A DNA stretch of 64,000 nt from Amphiscolops sp. MND2022 (lineage: Eukaryota): assembly GCA_964187785.1 (NCBI GenBank), contig OZ076412.1, forward strand, positions 14,694,001-14,758,000. The letters are read 5' to 3'. The stretch's first letter is position 1; each line of letters opens with the position of its first letter. Below the pieces are notes generated by a model. That model saw only the letters and a list, made by a program, of their open reading frames with translations, ran no database searches and was not told the origin of the DNA. Both the position numbers and the translations under genes were made by a program. Shown here in pieces: positions 11,254 through 24,700 of the stretch.

Positions 11254-12468
11254 GTAAGAAGTATTACGTTCAAGGATGTAAAAATTTGTATTTAAATGTT
11301 ATTATTTTTACAAAAATGAATATATTTGTACGTTGTTGGCTAATAAAAAATATAAAAAATACATTGTCCTATACTGTCTGATTTAAGAATGTATTGTTCG
11401 AACAAAGATTCTGTTGGTACACTTTTTGGATTGTATTTATAACCATCAGTAATTTTACCAATCTTCCTGAATCGATCTTCTAAGTGACTAATAACTAAAT
11501 CCGATTACTTTATTACAGTTGGCCGAGAAATTGAATTGAGTTTCGTGTTTTTCGCGTATACGACCATAATAAAACAATTGTGTTGATACTTGCCAACATT
11601 AAGATGAATGTCAAAATAAATTGGCCCGAAACAAATGCATTGGAACAAAAAATAGATATATTGCATTGTACGATACTAAAAATATATTTCATTTATTGTC
11701 AATATGTTTGAATAAAAATATTTTTACATCCCTGATCACGTGATTTGATTTCTCTCAATTGACTTGATTAATTGATGAACTAATATTGATTGAACCAACA
11801 GGTTGAGTGTTTCTTGTGATTAGAATCTGAGAATCAGCATATTTTGTATCATTCACCTCGTTTCGGTACTTTCTCCTGGAGCTGCGCGCCGCCTTCGCCT
11901 TGAAATAAGTTAGGCGATGACCAATCCTTTCTTTTCTTATCGGCGGCGGCTCAGCCGGCTGAAAAGTCGTTTTCGATTTTAAATTCTCGAAAACATCATT
12001 TCATTTGTTGGGCCCTCTATAGCTCTATGAAAATTCTGGACTCTTGTTTGTGACTCATTTTTTTCGCCTAATCGAAAGTAAGAACTCGAGTATAGTTACA
12101 ACTTTTGTTCACTGCGAACAGGTTCATCTTTTTCGACTGAACCCAAGAAAGTTTGCAGCGACGCGCCTGAGTTCATCGAATGTGGGTGACAGTGATTCAA
12201 TTGGTGGATGCGCTGCTCTGATAAAATAATTCGAAGTTTCGCTGCGAGCAAGTTTTACCAAGACGAATCTGTAACCAAGCAGTCAAAAATGAAAACTTGA
12301 TCAGTCTCTTCGATCGAATCATTTGTGCAACTTCAAAATCTGCACATAATCATGACTTTGAACAGTTTTTGCTGAATTTGAATGATGTTATTTGTGTGCT
12401 GATTCTAATGGCTACGATCAAATCTTAGCATTCTCTTTGAATCGTTTTTGCACTTTCGTTCAATTCAG

Positions 12469-12586
12469 GTGAAAGAAAGAACCCGCAAGTTGATTCCATC
12501 TGGCCCTGCTGTGACAAGCCCATGTTTTTCTACAGCTCCACTGGGCAAGAGGAAATTGCGTCCTCGGGTACATCTTACTTGAATCG
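12469..12586 (+). CDS. UPF1: UPF1 exon ([38 protein letters not shown]); missed by the ORF track
   Basis: Acceptor attcag and donor gtttgt. It carries the conserved [20 protein letters not shown], and its phases fit the neighbouring exons. Confidence 0.95.
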
Positions 12587-12663
12587 GTTTGTCATTACAA
12601 CCCTTGCTTAGTTTTTTATTTTAAAGAAACTTTTTGTATAAAATGAGCTTTGCTGTTTTTTAG

Positions 12664-13006
12664 CACGGAAGCAGGATGCGTTGAGAAAATAGTGACTCGG
12701 TTTTTGAAGAATGGAGTTGGCCCGGACCAGATAGGGGTCATAACCCCTTACGAAGGTCAGCGAGCCTTCATTGTGAGTCACATGCAACACAATGGAACTG
12801 TGAATGCGAAACTGTACCAGGAGATTGAAGTGGCAAGCGTGGACGCTTTTCAAGGAAGAGAAAAGGATTACATCATCCTTTCATGTGTGCGCTCGAATGA
12901 GCACCAAGGCATCGGCTTCCTTAATGACCCTAGGCGTCTTAACGTGGCATTGACTCGTGCCAAGTTCGGTCTGATCATCGTGGGGAACCCGAAAGTTCTG
13001 TCAAAA
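12664..13006 (+). CDS. UPF1: UPF1 exon with motifs V/VI ([21 protein letters not shown])
   Basis: Follows a 77-bp intron (12587-12663); donor gtaaga at 13007. Confidence 0.97.
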
Positions 13007-13499
13007 GTAAGAATTTTCTCTTTTAGAGAAAGGACAGCACTGAACTTGGCTAAAGCTACGAAAAGCTGTTGACGTATCTGCGTTTTTAAAATTGTAAAAT
13101 GAACCTGTTTTTCCCCATTTTGTTGGTTCGGTTAACCAAAATAGAATTACAGCTTGAGAGCTTTAGAAGAAGTAAATGTGAAGTAAAAGTCAATTCAAAG
13201 TAAAACCCAAGTTAGAAGTGAACGTTCATTTACCTTACTAGTACAGTGATGTCCTAAAAGACTGCGAAAAGATACGTGAAATGCTTCAAAGGGTATCCAA
13301 AAACAACAATGGTGCTAGAAGTAAAGGTTTTCTGGAATATTGTCATTACAAGCATATTAGTTCCCATTTCTGGGAGCAGTATTTCAAAAATTGAAAATCT
13401 TGTGGCCTAAATGAACAATATGGTTTTCCTGAATTTTGACTTAAGAATTTTATTTATTGCCGCGCCACTTGAAGTTCAAAAGAGTAAAGTTTTTTAAAT

Positions 13500-15390
13500 A
13501 CGCTTTAGGACAATATAGTTAAATTTTTTCAACTCTACAGAGTCGAAAAATATCCGAAGGGATATCCATAAGACTCGAAAACCACTTTTCCCCAACTGGA
13601 AACCACAAAAGGACATTTTTTGAGAATTATTACAAGCCGAAAATTTTAATGAATTTTCGATACGTCGCGCTGTTCCGAAAAAAACATACGGTGGCCCTCT
13701 AATCTCGCAAAACGCCTTGCTCCAGCTAAAAATCAAAAGGGGGTACTTCGATTGAAAAAAACTGCTGAAAAAAGTCGAAAAAGTCCCAATCTCCCCTCTG
13801 CTCTTGCAAACAAAACCTCGTACTCCTGCTTTTCAGACGTCACAAGTCATGGAAATCTGGGTTAACCCCTAGGCTAAGTGGCAATTGGATGGTGCGATGT
13901 TAGCCTAAAGATTTGCTCATAGAAATGTTTCAGTTCTACGCATTTTTACTTCAGATATAACCTCTGAAGTTCGGAAAAAGCGTACTGGGACAAGTGCGAG
14001 TGCTTTTTAGACGGCGCTTTTAGAATTAAAGGCCCGGCTATTGCTGTCGCTGTTTTTAGTCGGCGCTTTTATATCGACTCGGAAGCGATGAAATTTTGTT
14101 CAATTTGTTCAGCTAAACGAATACCTCGGAAGCGCATCTTAGTTAGCGCAAAGGGCCCCCCTTCATTTTTTGATATTTTGCAACAAATTGGATGTTTGAA
14201 AACGCCAAATGGTCCCCCTTTCACATTTTCGGCTCTAGGAGCGTGGTTCAAAGTTTTCATTTTTCGTCTGAAGTTGGGTTTTCTCAATACATAGCCAGAA
14301 GTGGTTGCGCGTGGAATTGTTTTGGCGCACGTCGTCGAAAAGTACGCCTCAGCATGCCAACGGACGCTCGGCGGTGACTCGATGTGTGGCCTTGAACGAG
14401 TTACAAGCCGAGAATGGCCCAAGTCGGCCCCATGTTCAAAAACGTTTTTTACATATGCAAAAGCACTTTTGTTAAAATTTCATCAGTCTTAGTGTCAAAA
14501 TATTCGCTCAAGGAATACGCAGAAAACCACTTTCCCCAATTGGAGACAACGAAACCTCTCAAAAAGTTGAAAATTGTGGAAAAAATATTTTCCAAACTTT
14601 TCAATGAAGTCTCCGGTAAGTCGCATAGTTCCAAAAAGCCTAAGGAGTCCGCTATGCTCGCAAAGCGTTTCGTTTCTAGTGAAGATTGAGAGAAGGTTTC
14701 GATAAAAAGAAATTGGAAATTCGCATGGAAGAACGCCGGTGTTGGAAGAAAAAAAATATTCGGTTATAGCGTCCTAAAACATGTGAAAATTTTAGGACCG
14801 AAATTGGGAAAACCTCACAATTCCAAAAAATGGTAAAGACGGGCTTCAGGCTTGTTGAAAATCTAATTTGATGCGAAATCTCAAAAAAACTGGAGGAGGA
14901 CCCTTTGGAGAAAATACATTTGGAACATTCTCATAGTGTAAAATTATGATACTAATTTGTGAACTATTTTTGTCAGTTCGTGTGGATTGAACAAGCCGGA
15001 AGCGGCACAAGTCGGCGCCCTATATAAGGCTCAAAAGACACAAAAGGACTTCAAAATGTCAATTGATGAAGTGGGGGACCCTTTTATGAAAAAAAAGTTT
15101 CACAATGCCGAAAAACTGAAAGGGGGACCCTTTGGCATTTTTCAAACATCCATTCTGTTGCAAAATATCAAAAAACTGAAGGGGGACCTGTTGGGAATTT
15201 TTAAAGTTTGCGTAAAAATGTCTCAAACCCCAAATAACATTCACAAAAAATTTTGGTCAAGTGCGAAACTCGAATTGTGATTTTTCCGTCAAGTCACAGT
15301 AGAGGTTACAAGTTTGACGTGTCAGTTGCAGTAGGTAGAAGCAAGTCTATAAAGTTTATAAAATCTGTCACATCGTCGGTCTTTAAAGAA
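13500..15390. mobile_element. Cluster of HINE-like fragments: ~13500-13890 (-), 14053-~14270 (+), 14404-14991 (-), nested 14992-~15390 (-)
   Basis: Family termini CAAGCCGAGAATGGCCCAAGTCGG (14404), CAAGCCGGAAGCGGCACAAGTCGGCGCC (14992) and TTTTTAGTCGGCGC (14053), plus the shared AAAAACTGAA(A)GGGGGACC core. Confidence 0.7.
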
Positions 15391-15840
15391 GCCGATGCTG
15401 GAGCCGTCTCTTTCTACAAAAATTAGTTGAGGATATCGCTGCTTTTGAAGCCTACGTCACCATTTTTTTGGCATAGAATAAAATTAATCTGCTTTGGAAC
15501 TGCTTGGAAACGGTTATACCTTCCGTGAAAAACTAGGAGGAAATTTTCTGGAAAATTCCACATGATTTTTTGTTCTTATCATATCGAAACTTTTGGAAGA
15601 TTTTTGGCACTCACAAATGATGTTTCAGAATGAAATAAATTTTCTTGCTGTACGCGTCGAAGGTAACATTGAAGCAATATTTCCAAGAGGATTCTCATGG
15701 AAAGCTATTCTCTTGGAAAATAGCATGACAGGATGCTACGTTGAAAGGCTATCACTACGCTACTGCTTCCTTCTGAGTAATACATGCTAGCTTGTTCTCG
15801 ATAGCATTTCTATTTTGATGTCGAAATCAATACACCCATG

Positions 15841-16333
15841 TTTTTAGTCGGCGCCTTTCCCATTAGGAAGAAAAGCCCTACGTTTACACGAGGGTAATTT
15901 TCAGCTGACAATCTCAGTCTTTGAGGTCTACTTACCTTACAATTTTCATCTTGCAACGTATTCATCTTGCATACAAGCTTGCAACATATTTTACATCACC
16001 TAAGAAACTTAACGGAATCAAAGGCTACTAGGAGGTAACGTTTTCAACGTTAGGTTGGAACGTTTTCATAGTTCGGATGTAACGTTTTCAAAATTCGGAT
16101 GTAGCGGTTTCAATGTTCGGATGTAACGTTTTCAATGTTCGGATGTAACGTTTTCAAAGTTCGGATATAACGTTTTCATTCATCGTAGAACATATTTGGT
16201 TTTTTCGAAAATTTCACAAAATTTCCGTCCAAAGTAATGCTTTAGGTTCAGGTTTTCCTTACAAGACTATTTTTGTGTCTTAGATTTTTGAGTCTTAGAT
16301 ATCGCGCCGACATGGGCCATTCCCGACTTGTTT
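15841..16333 (+). mobile_element. HINE-like copy with both termini, containing a 22-bp minisatellite
   Basis: 5' end TTTTTAGTCGGCGC; 3' end GCGCCGAC-ATGGGCCATTCCCGACTTG-TTT. Confidence 0.7.
16037..16178 (+). repeat. 22-bp minisatellite (AACGTTTTCAATGTTCGGATGT) x ~6.5
   Basis: Units start at 16037, 16059, 16081, 16103, 16125, 16147 and 16169. Confidence 0.92.
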
Positions 16334-16785
16334 GAAGGTATCATAGTTTTAAATGCGTGACCCAATTGTTGGATAATTATAAGCTAGGAGACTTTTCGAG
16401 GGAGTGTGTTTAATTCCCTGTGATTTAGTTTGTTAGCTCTGCTGGTGTATGATGAGTTTAAGGAGTTTTCTCTAATCTTTTTCTCTCATTAAAACGAGCT
16501 ATATCAAACTCAGTTTATGCGCTTCTTCTTGACTTTCAAAAATGAGGCAGGCAGTTGAATTCATGATTAATATTCAACATAAGATACGGGCTGTAACAAA
16601 GGAAAGGAGATATCAAACGTGATCAATCTGTCAACAACTGCAGTGCTATTAATGTCAATTAAACATAACTAGTCTCACCGCGTTGAACATAGAGAAAACA
16701 TTTTTAGGCATCGTTTTGAAAGTTGTTCCTAAAAGTTTGCAATCCAGTTATTGCACTGCGCTGCAATCAAGGTAATTCAGTGCAG

Positions 16786-17118
16786 TTAGATAAGTTTTAA
16801 TAAAGTCTCAGTACTTTCATAATTTTGTAGTCCGCGAGTGTGGAGCTTTGTTCCACATTTGTGGAAAACCGCGATATACCACCCTCCATTTTCGTTAACG
16901 CATTCCTGTATTTTGTCAACACAACCACGGATGTCATCCTCATCCATGACACTGACGGGTTCGCCGAGCATTTTTGGATCGAGGAAAATTGTGCTGGTTC
17001 TAAAGCTTGGGAGACACTCAATAGGGTAGAGGGTAGCATGGTGGTCATCTTCATCCTCCGGGACAAGGATGAAGCTCAAGACCCATTTTCGGTGGCGTCT
17101 TCGTTCATGCAAGCACAC
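16786..17118 (-). pseudogene. Unassigned coding-like fragment (110 aa), probably a TE cargo relic
   Basis: Open frame with protein-like composition in a GC-richer patch. An in-frame TGA lies a few codons upstream, there is no ATG, and no family was recognised with confidence. Confidence 0.3.
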
Positions 17119-17240
17119 AAACTCGAGCGAATTGACCTCTCACGCTCATTGACATGGGAGCGACAATTTGGGGCATGGCGAAGATAAGCTTTTTGCCTTC
17201 AAAACAAGAATTTATCCTCCAAAATCAGGATTTTAAGAAA

Positions 17241-17683
17241 CAAGCCGGGAACGGTATAAGTCGGCGCCATATCTAGGGCTCAAAAATTGCAAGACTTCGA
17301 AGTGTTAAGTATTCTTTTTTTCAGTACCCCGAAAAGTTGACCGAATTGGCGCACCGGGAGCCCGATAGTGCGGGCGCATGGCGTGCTAAAAGGGGGACCC
17401 TTTCTGATTTTTTAACATCCATCTGTCGCAAAATATCAAAAAACTGAAGGGGGACCCTTTGAAGATACTAAAAACATTCGAAAAGTCTCAATGCCGAAAA
17501 AAACTGGAAGAGGCGCCCTTTAGTCTCGCCCGGTATTGTATGAAAAAAGAAGCAATTTTTGTACTTCAGTTCATGTGCAAAATGCTTCAGTTTCGTTGAA
17601 ATTTGAACTATTTTGGTCAGTTGGTGTGGATTGAAAAAGTCACTAGTATAGTCGCCTTTCACTTCATGAAGCGCCGACTGAAA
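17241..17683 (-). mobile_element. HINE-like copy with both termini, at the truncation point of the Rep region
   Basis: On the minus strand it starts TTTCAGTCGGCGC and ends GGCGCCGACT-TATACCGTTCCCGGCTTG-TTT. Confidence 0.8.
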
Positions 17684-20600
17684 GTCAAAGGGTTAGTCAG
17701 TGAAATACGTTCACGATTGGAAGCAGGGTATTGACGCTTTCCTCCAGCTAGTTCAGCACCCGCTATGACACGACCTACCGTATCATTGAAATGACCTAAA
17801 TCCATACTTATTAAAAAGATCTTTGCTCTCAGAAAAGCCATGGTAAACATGTTTGTAAGTGTTCCAATGAAGCAGGTTATTTCGGAACACGACACACGAC
17901 ACCTTGTGTTTCTGTTTCCTTGCAACATCTTTTTGCAGCTTCGCCGTTGTGAATTCGAACAATTCGGGAGAGTTCACACAAGTCGTTCATTTCGTTCAGA
18001 GACTTCTTTAATCTAAGCTCTATATTTTTTTGTAAGTTCGCCTCGAAAGCGCGCTGTTTACATGCAATGTCTCTCCAACTTAGCTCGGTAAAGAATCTTC
18101 ATGGGTCCAAAGCACAGTATGGATGTGTGGAAGTGCGCCACTTTTGTCCTGAAGTTCATATCTATACGACAATACTTGAACAGGGACCAATGGTTGCTCC
18201 ATAGACTTCTCAATGTTATTCATCACTAGGCTCGAAACTCTTTGCCAGTTTCGCAACAGCATTATTATTTCAGCATTAACTTCATCAGCTTTGATTGCTT
18301 TTTCCGTGATTTGACCTCCAACTTTGTTTCAATTGCACTGAATAAAGAAGCCACGCCAGGATACTGACTTTGGTTGCAGGTGTTGGTGAGAAATTTTTGC
18401 TTGTTTGTTAATGCGGTAGCGAGCTGTGAAACGTGTGCCCGGACATCTCTAGCAACAAAGTCGAGTTTGGCTTGATGTCTAACATATTTGTCCTGTTTTC
18501 TGATCAGCATTTTGAAGTCCGCGTTCCAAAAAGCGTTCCAAGGTATCCGTTGTTTCGAGCGCCAAATTTAAGCTCGCATCGAATGCAAATTGCAAATAGT
18601 CTTGACTACCACTGGTTAACAGTGAGGGATGGGATCTTTCTTCTTCAGAGTCATGTGATCCGCCAAAGGTTGGATACCCAGCTGTTTGCTAACAGCTCCT
18701 CCTGACTTTAAAGCCGCTGGTAGACAGCCTGGGTAACTGCCATCTTGAAGCCGATGATAAAAGATTGATAAAGTAAAGCTTCGATGTCGTTCAGTAGTAT
18801 TGGGTTGCCACGTGTTGTAGCACTTGAACTTTCCTTGAAACGTTCCATGAACCTTAGTTGTCTTTGTCCCACATGACAAACCACAAAATCCGTTCAGTAC
18901 AGGGGTCCCATTTTCCACGCCGTCTGATACTTCAACGAACCGTGGAACAACTTTCTAGTTGTGGTGATTCATCATTACTTGAATCAACCATGGTAACACC
19001 ATTGTTTGTGACAGCGTAAAGATCAGTTAAGTCGTCTTCAATCTAAGGAACCACTGGAATCGTCCTCGTCACTTGTATCGAAAAAAACTCAACTTCTGTT
19101 GTGGAAAAGTGAATATCTTGTTTCTCGTCGTGTTCATCTCCAAAGACCTTGAGATGCTTGCGACAACCAGCAGCAGAGCATGTTCTGATAGGACATCGCA
19201 GACAGCCCTTCAAAGAGCAGGAATTACAACTAATGCCGTTTTAATGGTTCTAACTATCAAAGACATTTCGTGCAATGAACAAAATTTATTCTGACCGAGA
19301 CAGTTGTCTAGAAAATGTTTAGTCACGCTAATGTTCGGAAATTCGATTTAAGGCAACGAGAGACCGTCCAAACCCGACGAAGTCGCATCGGAAGGTTTCA
19401 GTAAATTTTCGAACCAAAATCCAGATCACTGTGAAAATCGCAGAATCGAAACGACCTCCATGTCGCCAGAGTCCGGCTTCTGCGATCACGCGTAATTGAC
19501 ATGAGCGATACCAAATCGATTTTGTCATCGTTGTCTTGCAGAATGAAAGGCAGTGAAATTTGATTCTGATTACGATAGTGAATTTTCGAGAAAATATCGA
19601 AATGTCAGCCGACGTGAAATCGTTTTTTCATTTGCCAACCAAGTTTGTCTAACGAACCTGCTTCTGGATGGACAACGTTGGTGAAATTTTGCAACAGACA
19701 TTGAGCAATTTCTTTCGGTCCAGTTTGAGGTCCCATTGTCTTTTGTCACCGCAGCTTTCAAAGCGAATTTTTGCACCAAGGCGGCATCTGCCTTCTGCTT
19801 CAATTTTGGTCGCATTTCGAAAATACAGCTGCAAAGGTTATTCACCGCCTTCTAAAATTCACATTTTAAAAGTTCACCGGACTCAACTGATTGATAGAAA
19901 AAGGAGTAGCATCATGAGCGTCAACAGGATGTGCAACATGTTGCTTAACTGGACAAAAGTTAGTCTTACGGAACGTCATTTATATTGAACAGAATCTGCG
20001 TTAAAAATGACAGTGCCGTCGTGTGATTTGGACAAATCCCGTGTAGTGGAGGCACTCAATTTGAGCATCAATTGGGATAAAGGAGGTAAACGTTCACCTA
20101 CTAATATTGGACACCTGATCACCACGATGGCCTAAAATTTGGGCTTCTGAGTCAGCAAGCCGCAGATTGGTGACTTCCCATCTTCGTTTCTTTGTCAATC
20201 TGACAGTACTCCAGCTGTTGAAATTTCCGCTCAATTCAATCAAACGGAACTGATGGCAATTGTAACTGGGTTTTTCATTGGTGATATTTTTGTTGTCGGT
20301 ACAGCAGCGGGTAATCTTTTTCCGTGCCGCGGTGGAACGTGTCCAGAAACAGAAACGTGTCCAGAAACGTGTCCAGAAACTGACGAGCTGAAAAAACTGC
20401 AATTTGGACCCCTTACCGTGTGAATCAACATCACATGAAACGAGTCTCAAACCAACCGAATCTGTGATCATGAATGCAGGTGAAAATTCGAGTTGTTCCA
20501 AATAAACATTTTCCTGCACAAAATCGGTCCTAGCTCCTTTCAACGTTTTTTGCCATGAAGCACCAATGGTTGTTCACGAAATGAAGAATTTGTTGAGGAA

Positions 20601-21708
20601 ATATCCCCGGGTCGAGTTTTGCAACTTTGTCCAGAACATTCCTCGGGCACTGTTTATCAAACAAAAGTGAAGCATAAAATGATGGCCAAGCATCAATCCA
20701 CTGAGAATTTGCGTGTCCATTCTCACAATAGTGACATTGGCTGCACAAGTTACTGTTCCCTGAGTCAAGTACATGTCACCTTCCCAAATTCTAGAAGATG
20801 GACCATGTGAACAATTTGCAACTTCTGACTACTTCGGTGACGTAGCATTCACACCTTCCTTCTTTAATGAGGTTTTTTTGTCATGACTGCTCTCATCATC
20901 AAACTGTAAATCAGATAACACTCACGAATCGTTCAATGCGTCATCAGGAACTTGTGAACCCATCAATACTACTGATGACCAAGTACGTCCTTCGAGTTTC
21001 AAAAAGTTTTGGATTTTGTTAGGTCCAAGTTGCAACCACGATTCAGTGTTTTTGCAGTATCAACGGCAGCTAATGCTCCAAGCAACGACAAAATTGATTA
21101 ATTTCCCCAATTTTACAGAAATTGAGCTTTATAAATTGCTCAAACCGAGATGTTGCTGAAGTAATGATTGACAATCTTCTTTGAAATGAGTGTTGTTTGT
21201 TTCGTCAGGCAAGAAACAATATTCTTCAAACCGGGGGCCATTTTTGACTGTTCCGGTCATTGAATAGGATAGCTATTCGACGAAAGATTCTTTTTGGTAT
21301 TCCGATGATTTCAAAATGAGTTCCATAACACAAGATAAACGGAAATCTGTCTGACTTTCTGGAATATGAATTGGTTTTTTTTCAAACAAAGTAAAGTTTT
21401 TATACGCTTTCGTTGCTGGATGTTAATAGTGAATAGAGGCAGCGACCCATTTGGTATTCGCACGAAACCTAAAGGAAACGTAGCTTTTCGTGATCAAACT
21501 TGTTTTGCGAGAATCATACTTGTTGAGGATCTTGAGGCAAGCGTAGTTTGCAAATAAAGCTGCATTTAAAAGCCGAATATGTTTATCCAATTCATTCGTT
21601 AGCCTTTAAAAAAGTTGGTATCGTCGGTTGCCGTGTTACACAGTTCTCAAAATGTATCATCTGATAGAGAAAATCTTCCACAAAAGGAAAATTAAGGCTG
21701 TTTCCTTT
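17684..21708 (-). mobile_element. Decayed Helitron/Helentron coding region: Cys-containing N-terminal part plus HUH Rep domain; helicase absent
   Basis: Minus-strand fragments occur in the expected order: C..C..C...WPSFYASLL (20530-20748), Rep motif 1-like FLTNTCNQSQYPGV (18370-18393), and HUH motif RYELQDKSGALPHIHTVLW (18107-18163). There are many stops and frameshifts, and no PIF1 motifs were seen. Confidence 0.75.
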
Positions 21709-24700
21709 AAGGATGTTTACCACATTTTTATTCTTTTTACAGAATAACATGATTACCTTACGTCTTACCCCACTGTTGGTTGGCCTTTTCGATCACACAA
21801 TAATCTGAAAAAAATCAATACAAGAAACATTACAAGAACTCTGCTCTACTACTTGGAAGGGAAACAGACCGGGCATGATGCCCAAATTGAGCAGGAGAAC
21901 GTCACGATGAGACCTTAATTGATTGTGAAAATCTTTTGATTTCCGTCAATCAACATACAGTTGATGTAAAATTGCAGCTAAATTCACATTCAATTTTGGA
22001 ACTAAACAATTCTCTTGAAGTGACACTCCATGGTGACATCCTCGAAGCGTAACCTGAAACCGAGTATAAACTGAAGAAATTATTCTGCTTTAATTGAACC
22101 CCGAATTTTATGAAAGCACTTCAAACGTGCAGAAGCTAACGACTATCATGCTTCTTTCAATTTCATTTGTTGAATGATTTGGATGTTTTTGAAAATCCAC
22201 TTGAAAAGGTAGTTAAATGTAGCGTGAAAAACTTTCTACTCGAGGAAAAGACTCTTTGGAAAATCTAGTACAATTCTTGGAGTATTAGTACAGTTTTCAA
22301 GTACTGTTGACAAAAGCTGAATTGCGAGTATTGATTGAGAGTGAAATGAATTTGTGAGAAGGAGCACGTCAAACGTGCCCAGTTGATTCCTAATTCATTT
22401 CATTTGCTACCATATCCTGCAGCGCATTGTAGATATTACAATGTAAGTTGCAAGAAGAGGAAACTTGCCAAACGGCAGGACCCATGAATACAATTTGGGT
22501 TAGTACACTAAAGTCTCATGCAAAAGTTTCTCTCTAGTGCAAATTCTTAGTTTTTGTTTTACTTGGAAGAACAGTGAGGGAAAATCTAATATAAAGGAAT
22601 TGAAGAAACTTGAGCTAACTACGGCGATCGTTGCGCAGGGACCTTTCTCAATTCACATTAAAATACAAATTATCTACAGTTTTCAAGTTTAAAATCGTGA
22701 AAGAGTTGTTTGATACACCCTTGGATAGGTCAATGATTATAATGCACATCGTCGACTTCGTACTCCTCGTTGTTCTTCAATAACTTCTCCAAACAACTGA
22801 AATGGTTATGGAAAGTGCCTAATAAAATGCATTTGACCATTTTTCTTGACTCGAAGATGTTCGTTGGATGGCGCTGCAAAGACCCTTGTGTTGTTCAAGA
22901 TGCGAACAAACGCCGATATTGCGGCAGCTGTTTCCGCTGGAAGAATCGGTTTGTGATATGAATTTGTTGGATAAGGCGATCGTCGTCTCCACCAATGCAG
23001 ATGACGGCGGTATTGAAATCTGCACAGTGCGCTGCGTACCACCACAGATCTTGGGCCTTTAACCAAGAAACTTTTCATCTCGTCATTTCTCCACGAACGT
23101 AGAAGTCCCAGAATTGATGGACCGCATCGCATCATTCGCGCGTCATGACTAGAAACTCTTATTATTGTGCTAAACCAAGTTAATAGATGGATTCGACCAC
23201 TTAAATGAAATGCGAGTTAGAGAAACTTTCGCATAAGGATGTTTACCACAATTTTGATCGTTAACAAAATAACATGATTACCTTACGTCTTACCCCACTG
23301 TTGGTTGGCCTTTTCGATCACACAATAATCTGAAAAAAAATTCCTTCGACCGTCCTGTCAGTATGTAGATTTCAGTTGAAAAGTACGATACATCAAACGG
23401 TCACAGTTCATTGATTTTGTTAATGTAGGTGATTCGAATTATATAGAGTGTAATGGAAACATTACAAGAACCCTGCTCTACTACTTGGAAGTAAAACAGA
23501 CCAGGTATGATGCCCAAATTGAGCAGGAGAACGTCACGATGATACATTAGTTGTGAAAGTCTGTTGATTCCCGTTAATCAACATACAGTTGATGTAAAAT
23601 TGCAGCTAGCTTCATATTCAACTTTGAAACTAAAAAAATTCTCTTGAAGGGACACTCCATGGTGGCATCCTCGAAGCGTAACCTGAGTCCGAATATAAGC
23701 ATTTAGAGAAGTTATTCTGCTTTTAATTGAACCCCGAATTTTATAAAAAGCACTTCAAACGTGCAATAGCTAACGACTATCATGCTTTTCAATTTCTTTT
23801 GTTCAATGATTTGGATGGTATTGAAAATCCACTTGAAAAAAGTTCAATGTAGTGTGAAAAACGTACCACTCGAGGGTAAGACCCTTTAGAAATTCTAGTA
23901 CAATTCTTGGAGTAATAGTACAATTTTCAAATACTGTTAACAAGAGCTGAATTGCGAGTATTGATTAATTGAGATTGAAATGAATTTGTAAGAAGGAGCA
24001 CGTCAAACGTGCCCAGTTGATTCCTCTTCATTTCACTTGGTACCATATCCTGCAGCGCGTTGTAGATATCACAATATAAGTTGCAAGAAAAGGAAACTTC
24101 ACAAACGGCCGGACCCATGAATACAATTCGGGTTAGTACAATATAGCTTCATGCAAAAGGTTCTCCCTAGTACATATTCTAGTCTTTGTATTACTTGAAA
24201 AAACAGTGAGGGAAAATCTAATATAAAGGAATTGAAGAAACTTGAGCTAACTACGACAATCGTTGCGCAGAGACCTTTCTCAATTCACATTAAAATACAA
24301 ATTATCTTAGTAGCGTGAAAAACTTTCTACTCGAGGAAAAGACCCTTTGGAAAATCTAGTACAATTCTTGGAGTATTAGTACAATTTTCAAGTACTGTTG
24401 ACAAGAGCTGAATTGCGAAAATTGATTGAGAGTGAAATGAATTTGTGAGAAGCACCTCAAACGTGCCCAGTTGATTCCTAATTCATTTCATTTGCTACCA
24501 TATCCTGCAGCGCATTGTAGATATCACAATGTAAGTTGCAAGAAAGGAAACTTGCCAAACGGCAGTACCCATGAATACAATTCAGGTTAGTACACTATAG
24601 TCTCGTGCAAAAGTTTCTCCCTAGTGCAAATTCTCAGTTTTTGTATTGCTTGAAAAAACAGTGAGGGAAAATCTAATATAAAGGAATTGAAGAAACTTGA

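Noticed and set aside
22120-23760. Alternative genetic code (TAA/TAG read-through) making the unit an open frame
   Set aside because: The frames also contain TGA stops and frameshifts, and the host UPF1 exons use the standard code with no internal stops.
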